A program made the position numbers and the translations under genes. A stretch of 36,611 nucleotides of DNA from Chlamydiota bacterium (GTDB taxonomy: Bacteria; Auribacterota; UBA3054; B51-G9): assembly GCA_003648225.1 (NCBI GenBank), contig QMOL01000001.1, positions 1 to 36,611 on the forward strand, given 5' to 3'. Positions 35,352 to 36,611 of the stretch are shown here, piece by piece (within the stretch, counting starts at the first letter, position 1; each line of letters starts with the position of its first letter). The notes under the pieces were generated by a model. It made no database searches. It saw only the letters and a program-made list of their open reading frames with translations, and was not told the DNA's origin.

Positions 35352-36611
35352 ATGAAAACTAAATTTTTTATAAAAATATTTGTCACTTTTACATTCCTCT
35401 TTTCTTTATCAACTTTCGCCGGAGAATCCGCCCTCTGGATTGCTCCAAGCGAAGACATTGTTGGTACCGGAAAAGTTGAATGCTCTAACGGAATTAATGA
35501 CTGGCATATTAGAATTAAAAGCGACAAACTTAATTCCGTTAATCCGGCTGCTTGGCGCATAAGCGGAGGACTCTGGTATTCAATGGTGGATATCGGTCAA
35601 TGGCGCACTCCATATGACGCTGCATTTAACTGGTCAAACCCCCTTTTAAAAGTTAAAAAATCCGGTGGAACTGCTGATTTATTTTTTGACCCTCTATTAG
35701 CCTGGCCGGGAAATGTTTTTAAAGTTGAAGCTATTCTTAATGTTAATAATGTTTTGACCTGGTATGTTATCAGCAATGGTGAAGGTTGGAAGCCGGGCGC
35801 AGTATGGCGGGGACAAAGCGGTTATGACAAACTTGGAAGAAAAAACAAAGAAGCTGACGGAATCCGCGACTGGGAAATAGAAATCAAAAGCCCCTTCCTT
35901 GATGACTCTCCGGCGAGAGTAGATGTTTGGATACCTTATAAACCTATCGGTTCACGGCTTACTCGCTCGGGATGCTTCGATGAATGGAGCTCCGAAAAAA
36001 CTGTTCAGAGGAGAAAAGCGATGCCGGCTGATTTTAACTGGTCAGCTGAAAAAATGACCATATTTATTAACCCTGTTCTCGCTTGCGGCGGTGACCAATT
36101 TATTGTGCGCGCCGTTATGAAAGATGGCAGTTGGGCTCACTGGAAAGTTATTGGTTTAGGAAGTAACTGGCAACCGGGCGGTGAATGGTTTGGGCAGGAT
36201 AATCAGGATTTTGTCGGCGCAAACAGTTCAAAACCAAATGGCGTTTCCGACTGGCACCTTCAAGTTGAATCGCCCGATTTAAATTCACCTGTAAGATGGA
36301 TGGTTAAAGGAGCGAAATCTGTATATGAGTATGCCGCCAACGGACAAAAACTTTTAGACTCCGGAAATCATCCTCTACATGTTAATTCAGCCGGCACAAA
36401 AGCGGATTTGTTTTTCGAGCCGGTAATGGAACGCGCCGGGGATATTTTTTATGTTTCTGCCGTGCTTGCTGACGGCACTTTGCTTAATTGGGGCGTTACA
36501 AGCACACGCCAATTGAGAAGTAAAGAAGTAAAATGGCTTGGCCAGGTTCCCAACGTTCAAAAAGATGTGGTGTTTAATAAAACTACTAATTCTGTTAATC
36601 AATGGGGCATA
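35352..36611 (+). CDS. Secreted Trp-rich repeat-domain protein (3'-truncated, at least 420 aa)
   Basis: Translated by hand and open to the window end. Signal peptide MKTKFFIKIFVTFTFLFSLSTFA, then three ~120-130-aa repeats and the start of a possible fourth. Absent from the ORF track because it has no stop. Confidence 0.85.
   Translation, partial: MKTKFFIKIFVTFTFLFSLSTFAGESALWIAPSEDIVGTGKVECSNGINDWHIRIKSDKLNSVNPAAWRISGGLWYSMVDIGQWRTPYDAAFNWSNPLLKVKKSGGTADLFFDPLLAWPGNVFKVEAILNVNNVLTWYVISNGEGWKPGAVWRGQSGYDKLGRKNKEADGIRDWEIEIKSPFLDDSPARVDVWIPYKPIGSRLTRSGCFDEWSSEKTVQRRKAMPADFNWSAEKMTIFINPVLACGGDQFIVRAVMKDGSWAHWKVIGLGSNWQPGGEWFGQDNQDFVGANSSKPNGVSDWHLQVESPDLNSPVRWMVKGAKSVYEYAANGQKLLDSGNHPLHVNSAGTKADLFFEPVMERAGDIFYVSAVLADGTLLNWGVTSTRQLRSKEVKWLGQVPNVQKDVVFNKTTNSVNQWGI

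Noticed and set aside
88..36602. Numerous 60-170-aa ORFs antisense to or out of frame within identified genes
   Set aside because: Shadow ORFs of well-supported CDSs with no motifs of their own.

Overview
AT-rich bacterial chromosomal segment of about 36.6 kb. The PEP-CTERM protein, Tat sulfatase and PPi-PFK suggest a diderm, possibly PVC-like environmental lineage (inference). Housekeeping genes (frr, thrC-like, guaB, purD, lipA, alr, mpg, ybbN/cnoX-like, pfp, floA) are mixed with many secreted or envelope proteins: a sulfatase, CreD, a split permease pair, a YncE/phosphoesterase lipoprotein, a signal-peptide-bearing nucleosidase, a PEP-CTERM protein, a TlpA-type thioredoxin, a multimodular GH43, a DUF4139-like protein and a truncated Trp-rich repeat protein. 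I saw no rRNA, tRNA, CRISPR array, transposase or integrase. Main observations: (1) an ECF sigma/anti-sigma module with two paralogous charged exported proteins and an exactly duplicated promoter-like motif, TACAATAAA-N11-TGCGTCAT, with a third degenerate copy upstream of the TlpA gene; (2) an unassigned ~155-nt structured RNA candidate downstream of pfp; (3) a 716-bp intergenic region holding a solitary attC-like site, REP-like motifs and an apparently orphan promoter; (4) a nested REPIN-like element; (5) 7-10-bp tandem repeats at many gene junctions and one in-frame inside the GH43 gene.
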